Below the pieces are notes generated by a model. It made no database searches. It saw only the letters and a list, made by a program, of their open reading frames with translations, and was not told the DNA's origin. Of a stretch of DNA of 64,000 nt, positions 1 through 13,000 are shown in pieces. The stretch lies in the NCBI RefSeq assembly GCF_009914755.1, contig NC_060932.1. The stretch is one strand, 5' to 3'. The DNA comes from the human T2T-CHM13v2.0 reference genome, Homo sapiens. Within the stretch, counting starts at the first letter, position 1. Every line of letters starts with the position of its first letter. The translations under genes and the position numbers were made by a program.

Positions 1-120
1 TTTGTGGCTTTTATGTTACTATGGCAGAGTTGAGTAGTTGTGACAAAGGCCACATGACCCAGGAAGCCAACAATGTTTACTATCTGGCATGTTGGAGAAA
101 AAGTCTGCCAGTCCGGACCT
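1..120 (+). mobile_element. MER58A-like hAT-Charlie MITE, 3' part (cut by window edge)
   Basis: ggcagagttgagtagttgtgac...tttactatctggc matches the recalled MER58 terminus; similar to the copy at 52256-52470. Confidence 0.75.
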
Positions 121-189
121 AGAGTGTCAGCTGGCTGTCCCACTCTTCTGAAGTCTTTCCCTTTTCTTTAGTTAACACTACTTCTGGAA

Positions 190-700
<511 letters not shown>

Positions 701-924
701 ATCCCTACTTGTCCCACTGTACTCTGCATACCACCCAAGCTTGCCACAGAAACACAGGTTTGGGGTGCTGGGGATGCTTAGACAGCATTGGAGCTGACAC
801 CCTTTTTTACCAGGTGATGGCCAGGCTTCTGGGGACACTGAGGCTCATGAGGGAAAGGAACGTGTTCAAACTTTCCAGCAAGGTCTGCGTGCTCTAGGAG
901 GTGAGAGGTTGTCCCAAAGTGACA

Positions 925-1212
925 ACATTTGGGAGGCCGAGGTGGGCAGATTTCTTGAGCTCAGGAGTTTGAGACCAGCCTGGGCAACATGGTGAAACCC
1001 CGTCTCCACAAAACAAAAAACAATAAACAAAAAACAAAAATTAGCCTGGCATGGGCACGTGCCTGTAGTCCCAGCTACGCAGGGGACTGAGGCGGGAGGA
1101 TCATTTCAGCTCGAGAGGTCAAAGGTGTGACGAGCCAAGATTGCATAAGTACACTCCAGCCTGAGTGACACAGTGAGACTCTGGCTGAAAAAAAAAAAAA
1201 AGAAAAGAAAAA
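925..1212 (+). mobile_element. AluJ-type, 5'-truncated
   Basis: Starts at tttgggaggccgagg; J diagnostics cttgagctcagg and cctgggcaacat; TSD-like aaagtgacaa/aaagtaacaa. Confidence 0.9.
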
Positions 1213-1229
1213 GTAACAAGAATAAAGCA

Positions 1230-1400
1230 GTTTTATTAGGAAAATTTAAGAACACATAAAAGAAGAGAGAATATGAGGTTTAATGAACCCCACATACCCT
1301 TACCCGTCAGCCAGCTTCAACAGTTATCAACATTTTGGCAATGTAATTTCATCTATTACCTCCCAATTTTAGGATGGGGAGCAGAGTTTAAAAAACATAT
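1230..1400 (-). mobile_element. Old L1M (L1MC/ME) 3' end fragment
   Basis: aatgaaccccacataccc...cagcttcaacagttatcaacattttg, typical of old L1 3' ends in antisense. Confidence 0.6.
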
Positions 1401-1404
1401 CCTA

Positions 1405-1672
1405 GGGCAGGCACAGTGGCTCATGCCTGTAATCCCAGCACTTTGGGAGGCCGAGGCGGGCAGATCACCTGAGGTTAGGAGTTTGAGACCAGCCTGACCA
1501 ACATAGTGAAAACCCATCTCTACTAAAAATATACAAAAGTTAGACAGGTGTGGTGGTGGGCACATGTAATCCCAGCTACTCAGGAGGCTGAGGCAGGAGA
1601 ATCGCTTGAACCCGAGATGCGGAGGCTGCAGTGAGCTGAGATTACGCCTCTGTACTCCACCCTGGGAGACAA
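1405..1672 (+). mobile_element. AluS lacking its poly-A tail
   Basis: Alu dimer ending at cctgggagacaag. Confidence 0.93.
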
Positions 1673-1904
1673 GTTTTATATATATATCTGGCATCCTGTT
1701 ACTTTACACATAAATACTCTAGGGTCCAAATTTCTTTTGGTGAAGGGTTTGAGAGAGAAAACCCTCAGCCTAGGTTAGCACTCTGGGGCAGAATGGGTGG
1801 CTGTGATGAGGGAGGGTGCTGCATTTTCTGCAACCATCAGGGCAGGTTTGCACACACACATCTATCTTTCCCTGGGCCCTGACTCCAGCCCCAGGCCTCC
1901 CTCC

Positions 1905-2185
1905 CTTATGACTAATGCCAGGGCCTGCCAGATTCAGGCAGCTCCTGGGGGAAAAAAAACACCTTGTGAAATGCTGTCTGAAACTAGGATGAGAAAAAAA
2001 CACGAAACCCTATCTTGAGTGGATTTCTTATTCACCATCATCCTCCTTTTCCAAAAGCAGCCTCTTGCCTGCTGTGGGCTGCTGAGCCCTGGCCTATGTG
2101 TATTGGTGTCCGCTGAGTCACCTGTGTCATTCCTATTATCTTATTTACCCATGTTTGTTATTTTCTAGCTGCATGACTCACCCGG
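1905..2185. promoter_or_regulatory. Candidate AP-1/ARE enhancer
   Basis: TGACTAA 1909-1915, TGAGTCA 2114-2120 (GTGACTCAGC on the minus strand), TGACTCA 2174-2180 in non-repeat DNA. Confidence 0.35.
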
Positions 2186-2801
2186 CCAAGAGGGTAACAG
2201 AGCCTGGAGAGATGAGTCTTTCGTTAAATGCTCTCAGCCCCTCCTTTGGAGGTGAAATCCTTTTCCTCCCAACTCTCTCATCTGAGCAACCAAAAGAAGG
2301 GTGTGGAAGGCCAGAGATGCATGGAGCCTTTCAGAAGGACCAGCCAGATGGTGCCAGGCTCAGGGCTAGGTATAGGCAGCCTCGCAGAATTCAGGAAAAT
2401 GTCTGCTCTGTTTTCCAACCTGCCCAGCTGGGCCTTCCTGTTCCATTCTCCACTGTGCCCAGTCACAGCTGGGGAGAGGGTGCTCTCTATCCAGCACCCC
2501 AAGAAAGCTTCCTTCTGTTGAGGTGGACGAGGTGGGAAGCAGCAGGAAGGACCTTGCCTCTGGCCTGTGGCATACCCACACTTTGCTCACTCTCATTGTC
2601 GCTTGACAATGACAACCACCCCTATCAGTTTCTGGCCTCCTATGCCGGACACTATGCCAGCCACTATGCTTGGTTCCCTGCATACATTTCGGTTAGGAAG
2701 AGAGCCTAGGAGTCTTTTCATGTAGTTTCCAGGCCAGGACAGATAGTGGGTTCCCCACTTTACCATAGCCCCCCCACCCCTCTGCTCCCCAAAGCTTTAC
2801 T

Positions 2802-3020
2802 TTTATTTATTTTTATTTTTTTTGAGATGGAGTCTTGCTCTGTCACCCAGGCTGCAGTGCAGTGGCATGATCTCAGCTGACTGCAACCTCTGCCTCCCGA
2901 GTTCAAGCGATTCTTCTGCCTCAGCCTCCTGAGTAGCTGGGACTACAGGTGCGTGCCACCACGTCTGCCTAATTTTTGTATTTTTAGTAGGGACAGGGTT
3001 TCACCATATGGGCCAGGCTG
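2802..3020 (-). mobile_element. AluS, 5'-truncated
   Basis: Antisense Alu with T-rich tail; agctttact on both flanks (TSD). Confidence 0.92.
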
Positions 3021-3214
3021 GAGCTTTACTCTTTACAGAGCAGCCAGACTGATTCTTATAGGCAATAGAACAGAGCATAACACTCTGCTGTTTAAAACTC
3101 TCCATGGGGGAGGCACATCCTTTGGGACATAAAAGAAAATTCATCTCACCACCATGACCTACTTGATATTCAGAGTATGGTCCACCAGCCTTGGAGGCGG
3201 GGAGGGCTGGAGGA

Positions 3215-3325
3215 GGAAGCAGGCTTCATTAGAAACGAGGAATCTCAGGCCCCACTCCAGCCTTGCTCAATCAGAAGTTGTGGTTTAACAAGATCCCAGG
3301 TGATCCACATTGCCTTAAAACCTAA
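3215..3325. mobile_element. MER5A-like hAT MITE fragment
   Basis: aatctcaggccccactccag...aatcagaa...tttaacaagatcccaggtgat. Confidence 0.65.
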
Positions 3326-3604
3326 GAAGCCCTTCCACCTCCCAGAGCCTGATGGGATGGAGCCCAACATTGACTGCTTATTTGAGTCACCTGGGTAGGT
3401 TTTGCAACTCTAACGTCCAGCTCCTGACCCTAGGGATCTTGACTCAGTTCCTCCTTGCTGCCACTTCAGAAGGCAGGTATTATGGGTTCCACCTTTACGA
3501 TTGAAGTCAAATCTCAGAGAGGTTAAGTATGCTGTTCAAGGGCATCCAGCCATGCGGAAGCTGGGGCTGTTTGGATGTCTTTATCTCTGGCTTGAAGGGC
3601 AGGA

Positions 3605-3835
3605 GGAATTGAGAGTATGGGCTCTGGAGTCAAGCTTGCCTGGGTTTGAATTTCTGCTGCACCACCATATACAAACTGGGCCAATTATTTATCAGCTGAG
3701 CTTTATTTTCCTCATTTGTAAAATAGGGATAAAAAAAGAATCTATGCCACAGTGATGTCAAGAGGATTAAATGAAATAATATGCTTAGCATAGTGCTTGC
3801 AACATGCTAAGAGCTTAGTGTACATTAGTTGCCAC
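3605..3835 (+). mobile_element. MIR
   Basis: gggctctggagtcaag...cctgggtttgaat...ttcctcatttgtaaaataggg...gaggattaaatga. Confidence 0.8.
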
Positions 3836-3859
3836 TATTATACTGGTTATTGTTATTTC

Positions 3860-3948
3860 TTGATCCTCCTGCCTCAGCCTCCAGAATAGCAGGGCTAAAG
3901 ATGTGTGTCACCATGCCTGATATATGTGTGTGTGTGTGTATATATTTG

Positions 3949-4007
<59 letters not shown>

Positions 4008-4134
4008 ATATGTATTTGTAGAGACCAGGTCTCGCTATTTCACCCAGGCTCCTGTGGAACTCCTGGCCTTAAGTGATCCTCCTGCCTCAGCCTCCTGAGT
4101 TGCTGGGATTACAGGTGTGAGCCACCATGCCTGG
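3860..4134 (-). mobile_element. AluJ remnant whose linker has become a (TG)n(TA)n microsatellite
   Basis: Alu arm sequence on both sides of the TG/TA run at about 3921-4010. Confidence 0.8.
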
Positions 4135-4584
4135 TATCATTGTTACTATTTATTATTCCTTGCCCTCAGTTTTTGGTTCTTTTATGCAATAGAAGCCCTG
4201 AATTATCTGGCTTCCAGGATTTTTTTTTTCCTAGTGATTCCAGGTCCAATGTGCATAGTGAAAAAGACATGAGATTTAGAGTTATCTTATTTGTTGTTTG
4301 ATTTAAGCAGAGCATGTGGCTTCTCAAATCCTCTCCTTCCCTTACCTGTGAAATGAAGACATGCACACCCATCTCTAGAGTTGGTGTGAATATGGAATGT
4401 GATGTCAGGTATAAGATAACCATACTGGGCCTTGATACACTGAATTGGACTGAAACTGATCCAATTAGACTGTGACTTACACTTGCACCATTGAAGCCTG
4501 TCCCTTGGAGTTTCACCCTGCATATAGCAATAACCTTGAGCAACAGAGCCCTCCGAGGGCAAGATTAGCCCCTCTTTCTTTTTC

Positions 4585-4893
4585 TTTCCTTTCCTTTTTT
4601 TTTTTTTTTTTGAGACAGAGTCTTGTTCTGTCACCCAGGCTGGAGTGCATTGGTGTGAACTTGGCTCACTACAACCTCCACCTCCCATGTTCAAGTGATT
4701 CTCATGCCTCAGCCTTCCTAGTAGTTGGGATAACAGGTGTGCACCACCACGCCTGGCTAATTTTTGCATTTTTAGTAGAGACAGAGTTTCACATGTTGGC
4801 CAGGCTGGTCTCAAACTCCTGGCATCAAGTGATCCCCCAGCCTTGGCCTCCCAAAAGTGCTGGGATTACAGATGTGAGCCACCTCACCCAGCC
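4585..4893 (-). mobile_element. AluS, full length
   Basis: Antisense dimer; TSD agc(c/t)cctctttctt. Confidence 0.95.
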
Positions 4894-5196
4894 AGCTCCT
4901 CTTTCTTGGCAGGAATACAGCACTGGCCGTCTGGGCAGATCCTGCTCTTTTCTATTGTTGAAGGAACTGGGGACACAAAGGTGAAATGCAATGGGCCACC
5001 AGGCAACTGACACCTCAGCCCCAACTAAGAGGCAGTGTGATGACCGACAACATGGGGTCTGGGGCCCCACTGCCTGGACGCGCATTGATTCTCTCCCCCA
5101 CCCGTAGTGTGGCTTTGGGCAAGTTATTTAATCTCTGTTCTTCATGTTTTTCGACTATAAATTGGGGATATACCACTGATATGGTTTGGATCTGTG

Positions 5197-5892
<696 letters not shown>

Positions 5893-6680
5893 AAGCACCT
5901 ACCTCACAGAGTGGATACAAGAGGTGAATGTGTTCATAAGCAGAGATGTGTGGAGTTGTGCTTAACACATAGCAGGTGCCGTGTGATTGTCCTATACTTG
6001 CCCCTCTACCCCCATGAAGCTGAATTGCCTCCTTTGTGCTCCTACCTAACAGTACGTGCAATGTTCTGTTTGTTAATCTCATTTCCCCATGAGTTCATCT
6101 CTGTGTTTCTGGCGCTTAGCAGCAGAGAGCCTGACACATACTTGGTACTTCTTATTTTGCAGGAATGAGAGAACTCCAAGATCAGCTGCTGTGAGCTGGA
6201 GGCCTGCAGATTAGTTTTACAGGAATTAGATGCAAGTCAGGGAGATATGTGCCCATAGCCTGAGGATGTCTGGTCCTGGGCCTGGAATAATCCTAATCCC
6301 TTCAGAGGGAAGCTTGCGGAAACAGGAAGAGAATTACTCAACACCTCTTCAGTGCCAGGGGCTTGATAGACGCACAGCCCTCACTTAGGCTCATAACATT
6401 GGAAAAATTCATCAGAGAAAGTAAACCCTCTGACTGTCAGCCAGTCATGGAAACCCTCAGGGTTTTACTTTGCACATGAAACTTTCTGTCCATACCGCGT
6501 TAGGCAAAGAAGATTTTTAGAGTTTCCAAATCTTCAGAGTGGAGGTCTGTCAGAAAAACAAATTTTTCTCTTGCTAAAACTGACTTTGATGAATTATGAT
6601 GCAAAAAATTATTATTATTATTTTTTAACCAAATTCTGAATCACAAGTCCCCTCTAAAGGAATATTTTCATGTTAATTTT

Positions 6681-6998
6681 TTTTTTTTAATTTTTCTTTT
6701 TTTTTTTTTTTTTTAATTATACTCTAAGTTTTAGGGTACATGTGCATATTGTGCAGGTTAGTTACATATGTATACATGTGCCATGCTGGTGCGCTGCACC
6801 CACTAATGTGTCATCTAGCATTAGATATATCTCCCAATGCTATCCCTCCCCCCTCCCCTGACCCCACCACAGTCCCCAGAGTGTGATATTCCCCTTCCTG
6901 TGTCCATGTGATCTCATTGTTCAATTCCCACCTATGAGTGAGAATATGCGGTGTTTGGTTTTTTGTTCTTGCGATAGTTTACTGAGAATGATGGTTTC
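6681..6998 (-). mobile_element. L1HS Ta-subfamily insertion, 5'-truncated (about 0.3 kb)
   Basis: Minus strand reads GATGAC-ACA-TTAGTGGGTGCAGCGCACC and CTTAGAGTAT (Ta diagnostics); poly-A tail; TSD tcatgttaatttt at 6668-6680 and 6999-7011. Confidence 0.92.
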
Positions 6999-7039
6999 TC
7001 ATGTTAATTTTTAATTTAATGAATGCTCATATAGCACTC

Positions 7040-7400
7040 TTCTGTCAGCCACCATTCTAAGTACTTAGTGAATATTAGCTCATTCTAACCTTCATAGAAA
7101 CCCTTTGACGTAGGTGGTATTATGCTTGTTTTACAGACGGGGAAACTGAGGCACAGAGAGGTTAAAGTCAATTGCCCCAGCATAGAGGCAGAAATCAACT
7201 AACTTGGCTCCAGAATTTGGGCTCAGAATGGCTAGGCTTTGCCATCCCATTTAGGTCTCACCACCTTCATTTAAGTCTTACATCAACCCTGCAAAGTAGC
7301 TTTGTTTCCATGTACTCAGGATACTGAGGCTCAGAGAGGGTCATACAGCTAGAAGTAACAGGGCTACAGTTGGAATTCACTTTTGTTGAACTGCAAAGTG
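7040..7400 (-). mobile_element. Two MIR fragments
   Basis: ttttacagacggggaaactgaggcacagagaggttaa and actgaggctcagagagg cores. Confidence 0.7.
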
Positions 7401-7672
7401 ACAGCAGGCTGAGCTAAGCGGTCAGCCCATGGAGGAAGGATGTTCTGCCTTTACAGGTGTAGGACCAGTGGGCACTTTCCCCAAGCTTCTGCCCATCCCC
7501 CGAAACTCAAACCCTTGAATTCTCCTTTCTTTTTTTTTTTTTTTTTTTTTTCCATTTTCTTTATCTTAGAAGAAAATGCTGAATGGCAGTACTGATATTA
7601 AAGGGCATCTTTGTCTTATCTTTTACTGAAATGGGAGTCCTACTGATGTTTTCTTCTTTTCCAAGGACATTT

Positions 7673-7984
7673 GTTTTTCTTTCTTTTTTCTTTTCTTTTT
7701 TTTTGTTTTCTTTGGAGATAGGGTCTTGCTCTGTTGCCCAGGCTGGAGTGCAGCAGTGCGATCTTGGCTCACTGCAACCTCTTCAAGCGATTATCATATC
7801 TCAGCCTCTTGAGTAGCTGGGATTACAGGCACCTGCCACCACACCTGGCTAACTTTTATATTTTCAGTAGAAATGGGGTTTCGCCATGTTGCCCAGGCTG
7901 GTCTTGAACTCCTGGCCTCAAGTGATCTGCCCACCTCCGCCTCCCAAAGTGCTGGGATTACAGGCACAAGCCACTGCGCTTGGC
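7673..7984 (-). mobile_element. Alu (Jb/Sz type)
   Basis: Antisense dimer; TSD tccaaggacattt. Confidence 0.93.
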
Positions 7985-8327
7985 ATCCAAGGACATTTCT
8001 TTATTGGAGGTTCTTTGGTGTACAGGCAGAGCCCTGCATAGGCAGTGAGAAGATGGGGGGATGGCTGACTATGGCTCTGTCTCTTGCTTGCAAGAGAACT
8101 TGGACAGATTGTGTAACTGCCCTTCAATGTTAACATTTAGAGTTGAATAAGATTTAAGGTTCATTGTTTAAATTTTTTAATATAGTTTTTGTTTTTTTTT
8201 AAACAGCAGAATACTTCAACCTCCAAATACAAAATAGGTACCATACCTGTTTCTACATTAGAGGTTTCTATAACCTCTGTAGAAGTTAACTTTGGAAATC
8301 ATTGGATTAAATACTATCAAATCTTTT

Positions 8328-8728
8328 TTAAATATTAACTCATTTATTTATTTTTTTTCCACAAGTTATTGGGGTACAGGTGGTATTTGGTTACATGAGT
8401 AAGTTCTTTAGTGGTGGAGTAAGAACATTAGTAAGTTCTTTTGTGAGATCCTGGTGCACCCATCCCCCGAGCAGTGTACACTGCACCATGTTTGTAGTGT
8501 TATATCCCTCACCCCCTCCCACACTTCCCCTCAAGTCCCCAAAGCCCATTGTGTCATTCTTATGCCTTTGCGTCCTTGTAGCTTAGCTCCCATATATCAG
8601 TGAGACCATATGATGTTTGGTTTTCCATTCTTGAGTTAGCTTCACTTAAAATAATAGTCTTCAGTCCCATCCAGGTCATTGCAAATGCTGTTAATTTATT
8701 CCTTTCTATGGCTGAGTAGTATTCCATC

Positions 8729-8766
<38 letters not shown>

Positions 8767-11700
8767 CTCACAGTTTCTTTATCCACTCGTTGATTATTGA
8801 GGGTCATTTGGGTTGATTCCACAATTTTGCAATTGTGAATTGTGCTGCTATAAACATGCATGTGCAAGTATCTTTTGCGTATAATGACTTCCTTTCTTCT
8901 GGGTAGATACCCAGTAGTGGGATTGCTGGATCAAATGGTAGTTCTACTTTTAGTTATTTAAGAAATCTCCACTTCCATAGTGGCTGTACTAGTTTACATT
9001 CCCACCAGCTGTGTAGAAGTGTTCCCTGATTACCACATCCACGCCAACTTCTACTGTTTTTTGATTTTTTGATTATGGTCATTCTTGCAGGAGGAAGGGG
9101 GTATCGCACTATGGTTTTGATTTGCATTTCCCTGATCATTAGTGATGTTGAGAATTTTTTCATATGTTTGTTGGCCATTTGTATACTTTTTCTGAGAATT
9201 GTCTGTTCATGTCCTTAGCCCACTTTTTGATGGGATTGTTTATTTTGTTCTTGCTGATTTGTTTGAGTTCATTGCAGATTCTGGATATTAGTCGTTTGTC
9301 ATATGTATAGATTGTGAAGACTTTCTCCCACCCTGTGGGTTGTTTGTTTACTCTGCTAACTGTTCCTTTTGCTGTGCAAAAGCTCTTTAGTTTAATTAGG
9401 TCCCAGCTATTTATCTTTTTTTAATTGCATTTGCTTTTAGGCTCTTGGTCATAAAATCCTTGCTTAAGCCACAGTCTAGAAGGGTTTTTCCAATGTTAGC
9501 TTCTAGAATTTTTTACTTTCAGGTCTTAGGTTTAAGTCCTTAATCCACCTTGAGTTGATTTTTGTATAAAGGTGAGAGATAAGGATACAGTTTCATTCTC
9601 CTGCACGTGGCTAGCCAATTAACCCAGCACCATTTGTTGAAAAGGGTGTCATTTCCCCACTTTGTGTTTCTGTTTGCTTTGTCAAAGATCAGTTGGCTGT
9701 AAGCATTTGGGTTTATTTCTGGGTTCTCTATTCTGTTCCATGGGTCTATGTGCCTATTTTTATACCAGTATCATGCTGTTTGGGTGACTGTAGCTTTGTA
9801 GTATAGTTTGGAATCAGGTAGTGTGATGCCTCCAGATTTGTTCTTTCTGCTTAGTCTTGCTTTGGCTATGCAGGCTCTTTTTTGGTTCCATATGAATTTT
9901 AGATTTTTTTTTTAAATTTTGTGAAGAATGATGGTGGTATTTTGATGGAGATTGCACTGAATATATAGTTTGCTTTTGGCAGTATGGTCATTTTCACAAT
10001 ATTGATTCTACCCATCCATGAGCATGAGATGTGTTTCCATTTGTTTGTGTTGTCTATGATTTCTTTCAGCAGAGTTTTGTAGTTTTCTTTGTAGAGGTCT
10101 TTCAACTCCTTAGTTAGGTATATTTCTAAGTGTTTTATTTTATTTTTGCAGCTATTGTAAAAGGGGTTGGGTTCTTAATTTGATTCTCCACTTGGTTGCT
10201 GTTGGTGTATAGAAGAGCTACTGATTTGTGTGTATTAATCTTGTATCTGGAAACTTTGCTGAATTCTTTTGTCAGTTCTAGGAGCTTCCCGGAGGAGTCT
10301 TTAGGGTTTTCAAGGTAAATGATAATACTATCAGCAAACAGTGACAGTTTGACTTCCTCTTTACCAATTTGGATGCCCTTTATTTTTTTCTCATCTGATT
10401 GCTCTGGCCAGGACTTCCAGTACTATGTTGAAGAGGAGTGGTGAGAGTGGGCATCCTTGTCTTGTTCCCATTCTCAGAGGGAATGCTTTCAACTTTTCCC
10501 CATTCAGCATTATGTTGGATGTAGGTTTGTCACAGATGGCTTTTATTACATAAAGGTATGTCCTTTGTATGCTGATTTTGCTAAGGGTTTTAATCATAAA
10601 GTGATGCTGGATTTTGTCGAATGCTTTTTCTGCATCTATTGAGATGATTATGTGATTTCTGTTTTTAATTCTGTTTATGTGGTGTATTACATTGATTGAC
10701 TTGCATATGTTAAACCATCCCTGCATCCCTGGTATGAAACCCACTTGATCATGGTGGATTATCTTTTCGATATGTTGTTGTATTTGGTTAGCTAGTATCT
10801 TGTTAAGAATTTTAGCATTTATGTTCATCAAGGATATTGGTCTGTAGTTTTCTTTTTTTGGTTATGTCCTTTCCTGGTATTGGTATTAGAGTGATTCTGG
10901 CTTCATAGAATATATTAGAGAGGGTTCCTTCTTTCTCTATCTTGTGGAATAGTATCAAAAGGATTGGAACCAATTTTTCTTTGAATGTCTGGTAGAATTC
11001 TGCTGTGAATCTGTCTGGACCTGGAGGTTTTTTTGTTGGTAATTTTTTAGTTACCATTTCAATCTCGCTGCTTGTTATTAATCTGTTTGGGGTATCTAAT
11101 TCTTCCTGATTTAAGCTAGAAGGGTTGTATTTCTCCAGGAATTTATCCATCTCTTCTAGGTTTTCTAGTTTATGTGCATAAAGATGTTCACAGTAGCCTT
11201 GAATGATCTTTTGTATTTCATTGATGTCAGTTGGAATATCTCCTGTTTCATTTCTTAGTGAGGTTATTTGAATTTTCTCTCTTTTCTTGGTTAATCTTGT
11301 TAACGGTCTATCAATTTTATTTGTCTTTTCAAAGATCCAGCTTTTTGTTTCATTTATCTTTTGTATTTTTTTTTTTTTTTTGGTTTCAATTACATTTTTT
11401 TCTGCTCTGATCTTGGTTATTTTCTGTCTTCTGCTGGGTTTGGGTTTGGTTTGGTTCTTGTTTCTCTAGTTCCTTGAGGTGTGACCTTAGAATGTCAGTT
11501 TGTGCTCTTTCAGTCTTTTTGATGTAGGCGTTTAGGGCTATGAACTTTCCTCTTAGCACCGCCTTGGCTGTATCCCAGAGGTTTTTGTAGGTTGTGTCAT
11601 TATTGTCGTTAAGTTTGAAGAAATTTTTAATTTTCCTCTTGATTTCATTTGTGACCCAGTGCTCATTCAGGAGCAGATTATTTAATTTCCATGTATTTGC

Positions 11701-11840
11701 CTGGTTTTGAAGGTTCCTTTTGGAGTTGATTTCCAGTTTTATTCCACTGTAGTCTGAGAGAGTGGTTTATACAATTTCGATTTTCTTAAATTTATTGAGG
11801 CTTGTTTTATGGGCTATCATATGGTCTATTTTGAAGAAAG
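8328..11840 (-). mobile_element. L1PB1-type LINE-1, 5'-truncated (3' UTR plus broken ORF2)
   Basis: 3' UTR ggggtacaggtggtatttggttacatgag; ORF2 fragments 8954-9178, 9899-10105, 10391-10831, 10812-11150; TSD caaatctttt at 8318-8327 and 11843-11852. Confidence 0.92.
10391..11150 (-). pseudogene. Disrupted L1 ORF2 reverse-transcriptase region
   Basis: [38 protein letters not shown] and [18 protein letters not shown] motifs split by a frameshift and stops. Confidence 0.9.
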
Positions 11841-11879
11841 AGCAAATCTTTTATGATTAGGAGAAGCCAAAAGGACCAG

Positions 11880-12818
11880 TAATATTATCCTAGGGGTCCT
11901 GTAACAAATTACCATAAATTAGTTGGCTGGAAACAACAGAAATTTATACTCTCGTAATTCTGGAGGCCAGAAGTTTGAAATCAAAGTATGGCCAGGGCTG
12001 TGCTCATTCTGAAGGCTCTAAGGAAGAATCCTGCCTTGCCTCTTCTGAGGCTTCTGGTGACTCTGGCGATCCTTGACACTCCTTGTATTGTAGCTCCATC
12101 ACTTCAATGTCTGCCTCCATCTTCATACATCTTCTCCTCTGTGTGGCTATGTATGGCTTCTTCTCTTCTGTTTCTTACAAGGACACTTGTCATTGGAATT
12201 AGGGTCCACCTGGATGAGCCAGGATGTTCTCATTTTGAGATCCTTAACTTAATGACATGTGCAAAGACCCTTTTTCTAAATAAAGTCATTGTGTTAGTCT
12301 GTTCTTGCATTGCTATAAAGAAATATCTGAGACTGGGTAACTTATGAAGAAAAGAGTTTTAATTGGCTCACGGTTCTGCAGGCTGCACAGGCAACCTAGT
12401 GGCCTCTGCTCCTGGGGAGGCCTCAGGAAGCCTCCAATCATGGCAGATGGCAAAGGGGGAGCAGGCACATTATATGGAGTGGACAGGTGCACGAGAGGTG
12501 TCAGGGGGCAGGGGAGGTGCTACACATTTTTAAATGACCAGATCTTGTGAGAACTCACTATCACGAAGACAGCACCAAGCCATGAGGGTTCTACCCTTAT
12601 GGTCTGAACACCTCCCACCAGGCCCCACCTCCAGCACTGGAGATTACAAATGCAACATGAGATTTTGTGGGGACAAATATCCAAACTCTATCAGTCATAT
12701 AGCAGAATCTTTCTTGTGAGCCATTAAAAGAAAAATGTACCAGTAAGAAATATTCTCAATAGTCACGGTTCCAGGGATTGGGATGTACCTTTTTAGGGCC
12801 ACCACTCAACCCACTATA
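11880..12818 (-). mobile_element. MLT1B/C-type MaLR LTR, interrupted by MSTB and by a templated insertion
   Basis: gtaacaaattaccataaa...tctggaggccagaag start; ccaccactcaacccactata end. Confidence 0.82.
12290..12693 (-). mobile_element. MSTB-type solo LTR
   Basis: tgtgttagtctgttcttgcattgctataaag...ccaaactctatca; perfect 5-bp TSD gtcat (12285-12289, 12694-12698). Confidence 0.9.
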
Positions 12819-12917
12819 ATCAGTAATAACTTAAACTTTTAAACATCTATTCTGTCTTGCACTCTGCTAAGCACATCAGGTATACAGAGATAAGACAGAG
12901 ACACTACCTCTGACTGG

Positions 12918-13000
12918 TTTCCCTTCCTTTGCCTTCCCTTCCCTTCCCTTCCCTTCCCTTCCCTTCCCTTCCCTTCCCTTCCTCTCCCTTCCCTTCCTTC
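12918..13000 (+). repeat. (CCCTT)n polypyrimidine microsatellite
   Basis: Direct reading. Confidence 0.95.

Noticed and set aside
2098-2709. Longest ORF (203 aa)
   Set aside because: Starts at GTG, has no recognisable domain, has a composition typical of chance ORFs, and its end runs into degraded repeat-like sequence
4287-4984. Overlapping 175-aa and 170-aa ORFs, and similar ORFs containing LSPRLECSG or [12 protein letters not shown]
   Set aside because: Standard Alu read-through translations
8954-11150. Reverse-transcriptase-like ORFs as a novel RT system
   Set aside because: Broken ORF2 of an ordinary truncated L1PB element
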